A stretch of 64,000 bases of DNA from Chiloscyllium plagiosum (lineage: Eukaryota). A program made the translations under genes and the position numbers. Position 1 is the first letter of the stretch; each line of letters starts with the position of its first letter. A model generated the notes under the pieces. That model was not told the DNA's origin and made no database searches. It saw nothing but the letters and a program-made list of their open reading frames with translations. The stretch spans positions 31,400,082-31,464,081 of the forward strand of contig NC_057720.1 of the NCBI RefSeq assembly GCF_004010195.1, given 5' to 3'. Below are positions 24,380-37,764 of this stretch, one piece after another.

Positions 24380-26653
24380 ACTAGAGCTTTTTAGCTGATT
24401 CCATTTCCTGGGGACGAGGAAGTGATGTATGTCCTGGCATGCTATGAAGGAATTATTTGATATGTGGGAGGCTTTCAAAGAAAGGTTAAAGATAGTACAG
24501 GATAGGCAAGTCGCGTTGAGAGCAAAGGCTAGGAAAGGCAAGATTCATGAACCATGGATGACAGGAGAAATCATATGACTAGCCAAGAGGAAAAGGAAAG
24601 CATACATAATGTCCAGGCAGCAAAGAACAGAATGGACCCTGGAGGAATATCGGGAGAGTAGGGCCAGACTTAAACAAGGAATCAAGAGGGCTAAAAGATG
24701 TCATGAAATAGCTTTAGTGAGCAGAATTAAGGAGACTCCCAAAGCTTTTTATTCTTATATAAGAAGCAAGTAGATAACTAGAGAAAGGATTGGTCCACTA
24801 AAGGATAAGGATGGAAGGCTGCGTGTCGAACCTGAAAAAATGGCTGAGATTCTAAATGATTACTTTGCATCAGTGTTCACTGAGGAGAGGGACCTGATGA
24901 ATATTGAGGTTAGATATAGAAGTTTGAAGCAAGCAGATAACTAGAGAAAGGATTGGTCCACTAAAGGATAAGGATGTCGAGCCTGAAAAAATGGGTGAGA
25001 TTCTAAATGATTACTTTGCATCAGTGTTCACTGAGGAGAGGGACCTGATGAATATTGAGGTTAGATATAGAAGTTTGATTAGTCTGGATCACATTGACAT
25101 AAGTAGGGATGATGTGTTGGGTAAGCTAGAGGTTATCCCAGGTTGCTGGGAGAGGCAAGAGAAGAAATAGCTGGGGCCCTGACAGATATCTTTATAGCAT
25201 CCTTAAACACAGATGAGGTGCCGGAGGACTGGAGGGTTGCTCATGTTGTCCCCATGTACAAGAAGGGTAGTACGGATATTCCAGGTAACTACAGTCTAGT
25301 GAGCCTGAATTTAGTGGTGTGAGAGTTGCTGGAGAAGGTACTGAGGGATAAAATCTATTTTTATTTGAAAAGAATGGGCTTATCAGTGATAGCCAACACG
25401 GTTTTGTGCGGGGGAGGTCGTGCCTTACCAACTTAATAGAGTTCTTTGAGTAAGTGACCAAGTTGATAGATGAAGGAAGGGCTGTAGATGTTATATACAT
25501 GGACTTTAGTAAGGCATTTGATAAGGTTCCCCATGGTAAACTAATGGAGAAAGTGAAGTCACATGGTGTGCAGGGTGTTCTAGCTAGGTGGATAAAGAAC
25601 TGGTTGAGCAACAGGAGACAGAGAATAGTAATTGAAGGGGGTTTCTTGAAATAGAGAAACATGACCAGTGGTATTCCAAATGGATCAGTGCTGAAGCCAC
25701 TGTTGTTTGTGATCTACATAAATGATTTGGATCGGTGTGATCAGCAAGTTTGCAGGTGACACGAAGATTGGTGGAGTAACAGAAAGCATAGGGGACTGTC
25801 AAAGATTACAGGAGGATATAGATAGTCTGGAGAGTTGGGCAGAAAAGTGGCAGATGGAGTTCCAGGCAAATGTGAGGTGATGCATTTTGGGAAGTCTTAT
25901 TTGGGAGCAAATTATACAGTAAACGGAAGAGCCTTAGAAAAAGAGATCTGGGAGTTCAGGTCCATTGTACCCTGAAGGTTGCTGCACAGGTGGATAGAGT
26001 AGTCAAGAAGGCATATGGTATGCTTCCCTTCATTGGACGGGGTATTGAGTATAAGAGCTGGCAGGTCATGTTAAAATTGTACAAGACATTGGTTCGGCCA
26101 CATTTAGAATCCTGTGTGCAGTTCTGGTCGCCACATTACCAAAAGGATGTGGACGCTTTGCAGAGGGTGCAGAGAAGGTTTACAAGGATGTTGCCTGGTA
26201 AGGAAGGTGCTAGCTATGAAGAGAGGTTGAGTAGGTTAGGATTGCTTTCATTAGAAAAAAGGAGATTGAGGGGGGGACCTGATTGAGGTCTACAAAATCA
26301 TGAAGGGCATAGACAAGGTAGATAAGCTTTTCCAGGGTGAAGGATTCAATAACGAGAAGTCACATTTTCAAGTTGAGAGGTGAAAAGTTTAAGGGAGATA
26401 CACGCGGCAAGTACTTTTCACAGAGGGTGGTAGGTGCCTGGAACGCATAGCCAGCAGAGGTGGTAGAGGCAGGCATGGTAGATTCATTTAAGATGCATCT
26501 GGGCAGATGCATGAGTAGGTTAGGAGCAGAGAGACACAGATGCTTAGGAATTGGGTGATAGGTTTAGGCAATGGTTTTGGATTGTCTCAGGCTTGGAGGG
26601 CTGAAGGGCCTGTTCCTGGGCTATAAATTTTCTTTGTCATTTGTTCTTTGTTC
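24380..26653 (+). mobile_element. 5'-truncated CR1 LINE (RT region and 3' end)
   Basis: DFSKAFDKVPHG, RPHLESCVQFWSP; (TTCTTTG)-type tail. Confidence 0.92.
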
Positions 26654-28630
26654 TCAACCTCTGCCCTCTAGCTCTAGACTCCGCCACCCCAGGGAAAAAT
26701 ACTTTGCCTATTTATCTTATCCATGCCCCTCATGATTTTATACAACTCTATAAGGTCACCCCTCAGCCTCCACACTCCAGGGAAAACAGCCCCAGCTTAT
26801 TCAACCACTCCCTATAGCTCAAATCCTCCAACCCTGGCAACATCCTTGTAAATCTTTTCAGAACCCTTTCAAGTTTCACAACGTCTTTCCGATAGGAAGG
26901 AGACCAGAATTGCACGCATTATTCCAACAGTGGCCAAAGCAATGTCCTGTACAGCTGCAACATGACCTCACAACTCCTGTACTCAATATTCTGACCAATA
27001 AAGGAGAACATGCCAAACGCCTTCTTCACTATCCTATCTACCTGCGACTCCACTTTCAAGGAATATGAACCTGCACACCAAGGTCTCTTTGTTCAGCAAC
27101 ACTCCCTAGGACCTTACCACTAAGTTTATAAGTCCTGCTAAGATTTGCTTTCCCAAAATGCAGCATCTCGCATTTACCTAAATTGATCTCCATCTGCCAT
27201 TTCTCAGCCTATTGGCCCATTTGATCAAGACCCTGTTGTAATCTGAGGTAACCTTCTTCGCTGTCCACTACTTTTTGCTGTCATGTGCAAACTTACGAAC
27301 TATACCTCTTATACTCACATCCAAATCATTTATATAGATGATGAAAAGTAGTGGACCCAGCACCGATCCTTGTGGCACTCAACTGGTCACAGGCCTCCAG
27401 TCTGAAAAGCAACCCTCCACCACCACCCTCTGTCTTCCACCTTCTGAATCAGTTCTGTATCCAAATGGCTAGTTCTCCCTGTATTCCATGAGACCTAACC
27501 TTGCTAACCAGTCTCCCATGGGGAAACTTGTCGAATGCCTTATTGAAGTCCATATATATCACATCTACCACTCTGCCCTCATCAGTCCTCTTTGTTACTT
27601 CTTCCAAAAAACTCAATCATGTGTGTGAGACATGATTTCCCACACACAAAGCCATGTTGACTATCCCTAATCAGTCCTTGCCTGTCCCTCAGGATTCCCT
27701 CCAATTGCTCACCACTGATGCCAGACTCACTGGTCTATAGTTCCCTGGCTCATCCTTACCACCCTTCTTAAACAGTGGCACCATGTTAGCCAATCTCCAG
27801 TCTTCCAGTACCTCACCTGCGACTATTGATGATACAAATATCTCAGTAAGAGGCCCAGCAATCACTTCCCTAGCTTCCCACAGAGTTCTAAGATACACCT
27901 GATCAGGTCCTGGGGTTTTACCCACTTTTATGTCTTTCAAGACATCCAGCAGATCCTCCTCTGTAATACAGACATTTTTCAAGATGTCACCATCTATTTC
28001 CCTACATTCTATATCTTCCATGTCTTTTTCCACAGTAAAGACTGATGCACAATACTCGTTTAGTATCTCCCCGATCTCCTGCGGCTCCACACAAAGACCG
28101 CTTCGCTGATCTTTGAGGGGCCCTATTCTCTCCCTTTTACCCTTTTGTCCTTCATGTATTTGTAAAAACTCTTTGGATTCTCCTTAATTCTATTTGCCAA
28201 AAATATCTCATGTCTCCTTTTTGCCCTTCTGATTTCTCTCTTAAGTGTACTCCTACTGCCTTTTAAGGATTCACTCGATCTATCCAGTCTATACCTTATA
28301 AATGCTTTCTTCTTTTTTTCTAACCAAACCCTCAATTTCTTTAGTCATCCAGCATTCCCTACACCTACCTTTCACCCTGACAGGAATGTACTCTCTGGAT
28401 TCTCTTAATCTCATTTCTGAAGGCTTCCCATTTACCAGCCATCCCTTTACCTGTGAACATCCGCCCCCCCCAATCAGCTTTTGAAAGTTCTTGCCTAATA
28501 CCATCAAAATTAGCCTTCCCCCAATTTAGAACTTCAACTTTTAGACCTGGTCTATCTTTTTCCATCACTATTTTAAAACTTATAGAATTATGGTTGCTAG
28601 CCCCAAAGTCCTCCCCTACTGACACCTCAG
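26654..28630 (-). mobile_element. Truncated CR1/HER1 LINE, tail-to-tail with the previous copy
   Basis: KTPGPDQVY, NYRPVSLAS and further RT motifs on the minus strand. Confidence 0.92.
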
Positions 28631-28964
28631 GCTCTGAGATTCTCAGGTTCTATTATCAGGCTCTCAAAGAAGTGTTCAAACAGCTGCAGTGCTTGTACTT
28701 CAAATGTGTCCTGATCAATTTTGGTTCAAATGCATTATTTTGCCATGTTTGTCTTCCTCTAACACTCAAGCTCTTCTTGCAGTCTTAATGCAATAACAAA
28801 AGGAGAAGCATTCTTGTCTGCTATAAAAATATATCATGGACCACACTCTCTTTCTTTTCCAGTTCTTTGCCCAGAGGCAAGTGCAATCCATCACACCCCC
28901 CACAATCTCCACCACAGGTCACACAAGCAGGCAGGCCCCAAAATAAGATAGTCATAGCACTGTG

Positions 28965-29230
28965 CTGCAGAATTCATCAGCCGATAGAGGGTCTGTTCTA
29001 TTAATGTCCTGGTGATCTATAGTCACCATTACCACTTTGTGAAGGTGTGCGCCCACCACCCAAGCAACTAACATGACCCCTACATTTTGCAGCGCTCTTT
29101 CCCAGCTGTATTTGAGGGTGCATGGGCCTTACAAAGCCTGATTGCGGGGGACAAGGGCAACTCACTGCAACCATGGCTCATGACACCACTGCACTACTCC
29201 CTGGCGCGTGCGGAGCGCAAGTACAATAGT
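28965..29230 (+). pseudogene. PIF/Harbinger (HARBI1-like) DDE transposase remnant
   Basis: EFISR*RVCSINV...VCAHHPSN*HDPYILQRSFPAVFEG...IAGDKGNSLQPWLMTPL...AERKYN matches the Harbinger NRKG/PGSxHD/GDxGY/WLMTP motif series. Confidence 0.8.
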
Positions 29231-29579
29231 ATTTACTTGAATACACTGCACCATGAATGAACACTGTGTTCTACTGAATGGAAACTTGCAGGAAGATTTT
29301 TCTCTGATCATTAAGTACAATGAAATCATAAACTTGTGTTAAGGAAAGCACAATCGTGTTTTGGTATACTGTATCTGAACAATTTGCTCAATCAGTTGGC
29401 TTGTTGGTCAGTTTATAAGCACTCTTGTCAGATTTTGTGAAACTGTTCTATGCCAAACAAACTGCTCCCTTTAAAATAATTTCAAATAGATGGTTCTACT
29501 GAAGATTTTGACAAATTCAAGAGTTAAGGTAATTCTCCTTTTTTCCCCACAACAACAATTTTGCAACACATGAAGTCTT

Positions 29580-29912
29580 GATGGCTCAGTGGTTAGCGCT
29601 GCTGCCTCACAGTGCCAGGGACCCAGGTTTGATTCCAGCCTCAGGCAACTGACTGTGTGGAGTTTGCACATTCTCCCAGTGTTTGCGTGGGGTTTCTTCA
29701 GATGCTTTGGTTTCCTCCCACAATCCAAAAATTGCAGGTGAGGTGAATTGGCCATGCTAAATTGCCCATAATGTATGTGTAGGTTGGGTGCATTAGTCAG
29801 GGGTACATATAGGATAAAAATTATGGGTCGGGGGGGGTTACTCTTTGGAGTGTCGATGTGGACTTGTTGGGTCGAGAGGTCTGTTTCCACGCTTTAGGGA
29901 TTCCATGATTCT
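29580..29912 (+). mobile_element. HE1-type V-SINE
   Basis: TGGCTCAGTGGTTAGC A-box, GGTTTGATTCC B-box, V-domain, CR1-like tail. Confidence 0.88.
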
Positions 29913-29961
29913 GTGAACAACATTGCCTGAATATTACTCATTTGTACCTGAAAGGGATAAA

Positions 29962-32900
29962 TATAGAGTCATAGAGATGTGTAGCACAGAAACAGACCCT
30001 TCAGTCCAACTCGCCCATGCCAACCAGATATCCTAACCTAATCAAGTTCCATTTGCCAGCAATTAGCTCATATCCCTCTAAACCTTTCCTATTCATATAC
30101 TAATCCAGATATCTTTTAAATGTTGTAATTGTACCAGCCTCCACCATCTCCTCTGGCAGCTCATTCCATACATGCACTACCCTCTGCCCCTTAGGACTCT
30201 TTTAATTTTTTTCCCCTCTCACCCTAAAAGAAAGCACTCTAGTACTGGACTTTCCCACCCCAGGCAAAGGACCTTGTCTATTTACCCTACCCATGCCCGT
30301 CATGATTTTATAAACCTCTATCAGGTCACCCCTCATCCTACGATGCTCCAGGGAAAACAGCCCCAGCTTATTCAGCCTCTCCATATAGTGCTAATCTTCC
30401 AACTCTGGCAACATGTTTGTAAGTTTTTTCTGATCCCTTTCAAATTTCACAACATCTTTCTGATAGGAGGGAGACCAGAATTGCACGCAATGCCTAACCA
30501 ACGTCCTGGACAGCTGCAACATGACCTCCCAACTCCTGTACTCAATACTCTGACCAATAAAGGAAAGCTACCAAACGTCTTCTTCACTATCCCATACGAT
30601 TCCACTTTCAAGGAACTATGAACCTTCAGTATACAGTCATGGAGTCATGCTGTTTCCATGTACAGCATGGAAACAGACCCTTCGGTCTTACTTGTTCATG
30701 CCGACCAGATATCCCAAACCAATCTAGTCCCACCTGCCAGCTCCCGGTCCATATCCCTCTAAATCCCTCATATTCATATACCCACCCAAATACCTTTTAA
30801 ATGTTGCAGACATATTAGTGTCCACCACTTCTTCTGGCAGCTCATTCCATACACATACCACCCTCTATGTAAACAACTGCCCCACATGTCTCTTTTATAT
30901 CTTTCCCCTCTCACCCTAAACCTATGCCCTCTAGTTCTGGACACCCCCACCCCAGGGTAGAGACTTTGTCCCTCATGATGCCCCTCATGATTTTATAAGC
31001 CTCTATAAGGTCACCCCTCAGCTTCCGATGCTCCAGGGAAAACAGCCCCAACCTGTTCAGCCTCTCCCTATCGCTCAAATCCTCCAACCCTGGCAACATC
31101 CTTGTAAATCTTTTCTGAACCGTTTCAAGTTTCACAATTTCCTTCCGATAGGAAGCAGACCAGATTTGCACGCATTCCAAAAGTGGCTGAACGAATGACC
31201 TGTACAGCCACAACATGACCTCCCAACTCCTGTACTCAATACTCTGATCAATAAAGGAAAGCATACCAAACGCCTTCTTCACTATCCTATCTACATGCTC
31301 CACTTTCAAGGACCTATGAACTTGCAGCCTCAGACGCTCCTGGGAAAACAGCCCCAGCCTGTTCAGCCTCTCCCTATTGCTCAAATCCTCCAATCCTGGC
31401 AACATCCTTGTTAATTCTTTCTGAACCCTTTCAAGTTTCACAATTTCCTTCCGACTGGAAGCAGACCAGATTTGCACGCATTCCAAAAGTGGCTGAACTA
31501 ATGTCCTGTACAGTCGCAACATGACGTCCCAACTCCTGTACTCAGTTCTCTGACCAATAAAGGAAAATATACCAAACACCTTCTTCACTATCCTATCTCC
31601 CTCCGACTCCACTTTCAAGGAGCTATGAACTTGCATTCCAAGGTCTCTTTGTTCAGCACCACTCCCTAGGACCTTACCATTAAGTGTATAAGTCCTGCTA
31701 ATATTTGCTTTCACAAAATGCAGTACCTCGCATTTATCTAAATTAAACTCCAGCTGCCACTTCTCAGCCCATTGGTCCATCTGGTCAAGATCCTGTTGAA
31801 ATCTGAGGTAACCCTCTTCGCTGTTCACTACACCTCCAATTTTGGCGACATCTGCAAACTTACTAACTGTACCTCTTATGCTCACATCCAAATCATTTAT
31901 GTAATTGACAAAAGGTAGAGGACCCAGCACCGATCCTTGTGGCACTCCAATGGTCACAGGCCTCCAGACTGAAAAACAACCCTCCACCAACACCCTCTGT
32001 CTTCTACCTTTGAGTCAGTTCTGTATCCAAATGGCTAGTTCTCCCTGTATTCCATGAGATCTAACCTTGCTAATCAGTCTCCCATGGGGAACCTTGTCGA
32101 ACGCCTTACTGAAGTCCATATAGATCACATCTACTGCTCTGCCCTCATCAATCTTCTTTGTTACTTCTTCAAAAAACTCAATCAAGTTTGTGAGACANNN
32201 NNNNNNNNNNNNNNNNNNNNNNNNNNNNNNNNNNNNNNNNNNNNNNNNNNNNNNNNNNNNNNNNNNNNNNNNNNNNNNNNNNNNNNNNNNNNNNNNNNNN
32301 NNNNNNNNNNNNNNNNNNNNNNNNNNNNNNNNNNNNNNNNNNNNNNNNNNNNNNNNNNNNNNNNNNNNNNNNNNNNNNNNNNNNNNNNNNNNNNNNNNNN
32401 NNNNNNNNNNNNNNNNNNNNNNNNNNNNNNNNNNNNNNNNNNNNNNNNNNNNNNNNNNNNNNNNNNNNNNNNNNNNNNNNNNNNNNNNNNNNNNNNNNNN
32501 NNNNNNNNNNNNNNNNNNNNNNNNNNNNNNNNNNNNNNNNNNNNNNNNNNNNNNNNNNNNNNNNNNNNNNNNNNNNNNNNNNNNNNNNNNNNNNNNNNNN
32601 NNNNNNNNNNNNNNNNNNNNNNNNNNNNNNNNNNNNNNNNNNNNNNNNNNNNNNNNNNNNNNNNNNNNNNNNNNNNNNNNNNNNNNNNNNNNNNNNNNNN
32701 NNNNNNNNNNNNNNNNNNNNNNNNNNNNNNNNNNNNNNNNNNNNNNNNNNNNNNNNNNNNNNNNNNNNNNNNNNNNNNNNNNNNNNNNNNNNNNNNNNNN
32801 NNNNNNNNNNNNNNNNNNNNNNNNNNNNNNNNNNNNNNNNNNNNNNNNNNNNNNNNNNNNNNNNNNNNNNNNNNNNNNNNNNNNNNNNNNNNNNNNNNNN

Positions 32901-34032
32901 NNNNNNNNNNNNNNNNNNNNNNNNNNNNNNNNNNNNNNNNNNNNNNNNNNNNNNNNNNNNNNNNNNNNNNNNNNNNNNNNNNNNNNNNNNNNNNNNNNNN
33001 NNNNNNNNNNNNNNNNNNNNNNNNNNNNNNNNNNNNNNNNNNNNNNNNNNNTCTTTTTCTTAACCAAACCCTCAATTTCTTTAGTCATCCAGCATTCCCT
33101 ATAACTACCAGCCTTTCCTTTCACCCTAACAGGAATATACTTTCTCTGGATTCTTGTTATCTCATTTCTGAAGGCTTCCCGTTTTCCAGCTGTCCCTTTA
33201 CCTGCGAACATCTGCCCCTAATCAGCTTTTGAAAGTTCTTGCCGAATACTGTCAAAATTGGCCTTTCTCCAATTTAGAACTTCAACTTTTAGAACAGGTC
33301 TATCCTTTTCCATCGTTATTTTAAAATAATAGAATTATGGTCGCTGGCCCCAAAGTGCACTCCCACTGACACCTCAGTCACCTGCCCTGCCTTATTTCCC
33401 AAGAGTAAGTTTTGTACCTTCTCTGGTATGTCTCTTTGTTCAGCAAAGAGGACCTTACCATTAAGTGTGTAAGTCCTGCTAAGATTTTCTTTCCCAAAAT
33501 GCAGCACCTCACACTTATCTGAATTAAACTCCATCTGCCACTTCTCAGCCCATTGGCCCATCTGGTCAAGATCCTGTTGTAATCTGAGGTAACCCTCTTC
33601 ACTATCCACTACATCTCCAATTTTAGTGTCATCTACAAACTTACTAACTGTACCTCTTATGCTCACATCCAAATCATTTATATAAATGATGAAAAGTAGT
33701 GGACCCAGCACCGATCCTTGTGGCACTCCACTGGTCACAGGCCTCCAGTCTGAAAAACAACCCTCCACCATCACACTCTATCTTCTACTTTTGAACCAGT
33801 TCAGTATCCAAATGGCTAGTCTCCCTGTATTCTGTGAGATCTAACCTTGTTAACCAGTCTCCCATGGGGATCCTTGTCAAATGTCTTACTGAAGTCCATA
33901 TAGATCACATCTACTGCTCTGCCCTCATCAATCCTCTTTGTTATTTCTCCAAAACCTCAATCAGGTTGACTATCCCTAATCAGTCCTTACCTTTTCAAAT
34001 ACATGTACATCCTGTCCCTCAGGATTCCCTCC
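29962..34032 (-). mobile_element. Three head-to-tail HER1/CR1 fragments (about 29962-30628, 30634-33415, 33430-34032)
   Basis: Repeated RT motifs [20 protein letters not shown] and DFSKAFDKV; two 3' tails. Confidence 0.9.
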
Positions 34033-35554
34033 ACTGTAATTAAGGATCGTCACATGTTTTGCAGAATCTTGGCACCTTAATTAGTGCAACCTTAAAAATA
34101 TATTGCTAAAGATGGTAACTGGTCAGGGAAGTAGACATATTCTGTGATTTTTCTTGATTTATATTAAGGGAAGGTGAAAATCTTGCAGAACCTTTCAACT
34201 GCAGCTTAAAGGGTTGTAATACAATGTTTTGTATATAGTCTGTGGAAAGATCATTTGTGGAAATTTTAAACATATCATTCTGTCTTATCCGTTATTTAAT
34301 TGTGTGCATGAATAATTTTTTGAAGGGTTTCAGTGCCCTCTAGCAACTAGATTGAAATTGTTCATATTACGCTGATAAAATTGTAAAATAGGACAATACA
34401 GAAGTAAACTATTCAGGACATCAAATCTGCATTGGTTCATCTGAATCCAGTTAGCTCCACCGTACACATTTTTTTCATCTCTTGCTGAGTTTTTTTTTCC
34501 TTTCAGCAGATTTCCCTTTTCAATGCAATTAAATCACATCATTCAGAATCTTGAGAAATTTCGGAAAAGCAGCTATGACAGCTGGATTCCAAGATGCAGT
34601 TATACCAATTCTGTGGCTATCTACAACAGGTGGTACAAGGACTCACCCAGCCAGAGGTGTAACCACACACGGGCCACTTTGCACTTTCCAGTCAGGACAC
34701 TGCAAAAGTGGCCAGGCCCTCCATCACCATCCAATATGCTGCCCTCCATACCTTGTAGATTCGAGCCAAAGAGCAAAAACCTTCAGCACATCTGGCCAAT
34801 TTAGACTCAAGCACCCATGAGGTCACCTCACCAAACCTCCAAGGCCAATGGACTCCTCTACCAAGCAGGCTCCCTCCACCTCAACTGAGGAGCCTGGGAT
34901 CACACTAAGACATAATGGCAGTGCAAGAATGAATAAAACATAGAACATACTGAAAGCACTTTGGTGGCACAGATGAAAATGGCTTCCATCTTCACACCAT
35001 TCATCAGCACTTTATGGCCACAGATGAGGCTCTGTGTATGGAGGTCAGTGCTGAAAGTCCACTGCACCATCTGGAAGCAGGGAGGAAATGATATTGGATC
35101 TTGGTGAAGTCTTTGCCCCTCCATATTCAACATCCTTCGTGTTTGGTTGCATCTATGCCCAGAAGTGTAGCTGTCAAAGAGTTCTCCAGCAGTGGCTGTG
35201 CCATACATAGACAGTCATTGCTGTAGTATGGCTAGGGAATAGGCAGTCTGTGTGCCTGTCTGCTGTGTATTGCATGGGCCTGTGAACAAGTTTCTTTCCC
35301 TGTAAAAGCCCTACGATTGGTGTTTGCTGCAGTTCTCTCCCTCATAGTCACTTCCCTCACACACCCTGACTGTGGTCACAGCCATTTTCTTCCTCATTCT
35401 GCACTTTCAATTCTTGGTGGAAAGTACAAGTGCCAGTGGTTTCCAGCCTCAGCTTGAATGCACTGCGAGGCCCTCAGACTTACATATTCTCTTCCTAAAG
35501 GCTTATTCTGTTAGACTCACAGGGTTCATACTTTCCCAAATCCCTACTCTATCA

Positions 35555-35649
35555 AACTGTAACTCATATTTTAACAGATTACAGGGTGAGGTGGGTTTTT
35601 CTGGGTGTTTGGTTTAATTAACAGAGGGGTTCACTTCTGTGTCGTAACA
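35555..35649 (+). mobile_element. LTR 3' terminal fragment
   Basis: Similar to 9757-9843; ends GTGTCGTAACA. Confidence 0.65.
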
Positions 35650-35679
35650 ATCGTGTCCTAAACCCATCCATCTTCCAGC

Positions 35680-36575
35680 ATAAGGCCAGAAGTGGGGATG
35701 CATGCTGATAACTGTGCAATGTTCAGCACCATTTGCAACACTTCAGATATTGAAGTAGTCCATGTTCAAAGACATCACTACATCGACAATATCCACGTTT
35801 GAGCTCACAAGTGGAAAATAACAAAAGCACAAGTGCTAGACAATGACAATCTCAAACAAGAGAGAATCCAAACTCTGCCCCTTGTCTTTCAATTGCACTA
35901 CTATCACTGAATACCACACGATCAATCTTCTGGGTGCTACCATTGGCCAGAAACCAAACTGGACTAGTCATAAAAGTACAGTGGCTACAAGAGAAAATCA
36001 GGCTCAGAATGTTGAAGAGTAATTCAGCTTTTGACTCCCCAAAGCCTATCCATTACTATAAGGCATAAGTTAGGAATGTGATGGAATACTCTCCACTTGC
36101 ATGGATGGGGGTAGCTCCAATAACATTCAGAAAGCTTGATATCATCAGGACAAAGCAACCTGCTTGATTAGCAGCACATCCACAAATATCCACTCCCTCC
36201 ACGACCAACACTCAGTAGCATACTTAGTAGTATACTAACTACAAGATGTGCTGCACAAATTCACCAAAGGTCCTTTGGTAGCACCTTCCAAACTCACAGC
36301 CACTTCCATCCAGAAGGATAAAGGCAGCAGATACATGGGAATATGCCACCTGTAGTTTCCTTCCATGTTACTCACCATCCTGACTTGGAAATAAAACGTT
36401 ATTCTTTCAGTGTTGCTTGGTCAAAATCCTGGAACTCCCTTCCAAATGGCATTGAAAATCAACCCCTAGCAAATGGACTGCAGCATTTCAAGAAGGCAGC
36501 TCACCACCAGCTCTGCAGGACAACTCGGGATAAGCAATAAATGCTGGCCAGCCAGCAATGGCTACATTTCATGAA
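35680..36575 (+). mobile_element. Old LINE (CR1/L2 group) RT C-terminus and 3' end; related copies at 37020-37310, 59290-59790 and 63750-64000 (-)
   Basis: Decayed YADD-like motif (HADNCAMFSTI); shared 3' sequence CAAGAAGGCAGCTCACCA...CAATAAATGCT. Confidence 0.65.
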
Positions 36576-36748
36576 ATATTTTAAATTGCCATTTGCATTA
36601 ATGCTTCACTAACATTTTTGCTAGTTATTCTATTGTAGTGTATTTTTTGTGATCAATACTAGGTATTGGCTCGCATTTGTATTAATAACAGCAACCAATT
36701 ACATTCTGTAAGTTTTAAAAAGTTTCAATTTGAAATGCTCCTGAATGG

Positions 36749-36975
36749 GAGAAAGTGAGGACTGCAGATGCTGGAGATCAGAGCTGAAAAATGTGTTGCT
36801 GGAAAAGCGCAGCAGGTCAGGCAGCATCCAAGGAGCAGGAGAATCGACGTTTCGGGCATAAGCCCTTCTTCTGGAATCATTCCTGAAGAAGGGCTTATGC
36901 CCGAAACATCGATTCTCCTGCTCCTTGGATGCTGCCTGACCTGCTGCGCTTTTCCAGCAACACATTTTTCAGCTC
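36749..36975. mobile_element. Fold-back PLE pLTR mini-element with two opposed hammerhead cores
   Basis: 14 bp TSD ATGCTCCT(G/A)AATGG (36735-36748, 36976-36989); inverted arms of about 95 bp joined at GGAATCATTCC; each core has one substitution. Confidence 0.9.
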
Positions 36976-37539
36976 ATGCTCCTAAATGGAAATCATGTTG
37001 TCCCATAGTAACTGGTGCGAGAGCCACATCATAGCACAACTTTTACCACTTTGACGTTCAAGGGCAGCAGATTTGTGGGAACTTCACTACCTGCAAATTT
37101 TCCTCCAAGCCATTCACTATTTAAATCAGAAATATATCGCTGTTCCTTCAGTGTCGCTGGGTCAAAATCAAATTGCCTTCCTTACTGTGTTTTACTCTGC
37201 CCTAAGGACTTCTTCAATTCAAGAAGGCAGCTCACCATCATCGAAACCAAGACAATTAAGGATGGACAATAAATGCTTACCCAGTGCCAGCCAATCCCAT
37301 GAACCAATTAAAATATATATATTTATCAGATCCATAAGTTCCCACAGAATAATGCAGAGTGACAGTAATTATAAATATCAAACACGAAGTTGAAAACTTT
37401 CAGATTGTGAGAGCAGAACATTCAGTATCCTGTGCCCATTCCTGCAAATTGTACTATTTTGCATCATTTAAAGAGGAGCAGTTTGCATTGTCTATAAATT
37501 TAGAAAAATACTGCTGTTTAATAAAGTGCAAACAATAGT

Positions 37540-37755
37540 CTTTTTTATTGTGGAACGAACTTCCTAAGAAAATGATGGTTGCGGGTACAATTACAACCTT
37601 TAAAAGGCATTTGGATACATACATGAATAGGAAAGGTTAGGAGTGATATGGACCAGGAGCAGACAGGTAGGTCTAGTTTAGTTTGGGATTATGTTCAGCA
37701 TGGACTAGTTGAACCGAAGGGTCTGTTTCTGTGATGTATGACTACATGACTCAAT
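37540..37755 (+). mobile_element. Short CR1 3' end; similar copies at 40850-41155, 54060-54470 and 62560-62830
   Basis: WNELP..TTFKRHLD motif and GAAGGGTCTGTTTC stem-loop tail. Confidence 0.8.
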
Positions 37756-37764
37756 GTACAACAA

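Noticed and set aside
28965..29230. Host HARBI1 gene
   Set aside because: In-frame stops and a fragmentary, degenerate sequence.
29580..29650. tRNA genes (also near 11300, 20110 and 38797)
   Set aside because: A/B boxes continue into SINE bodies; no complete cloverleaf.
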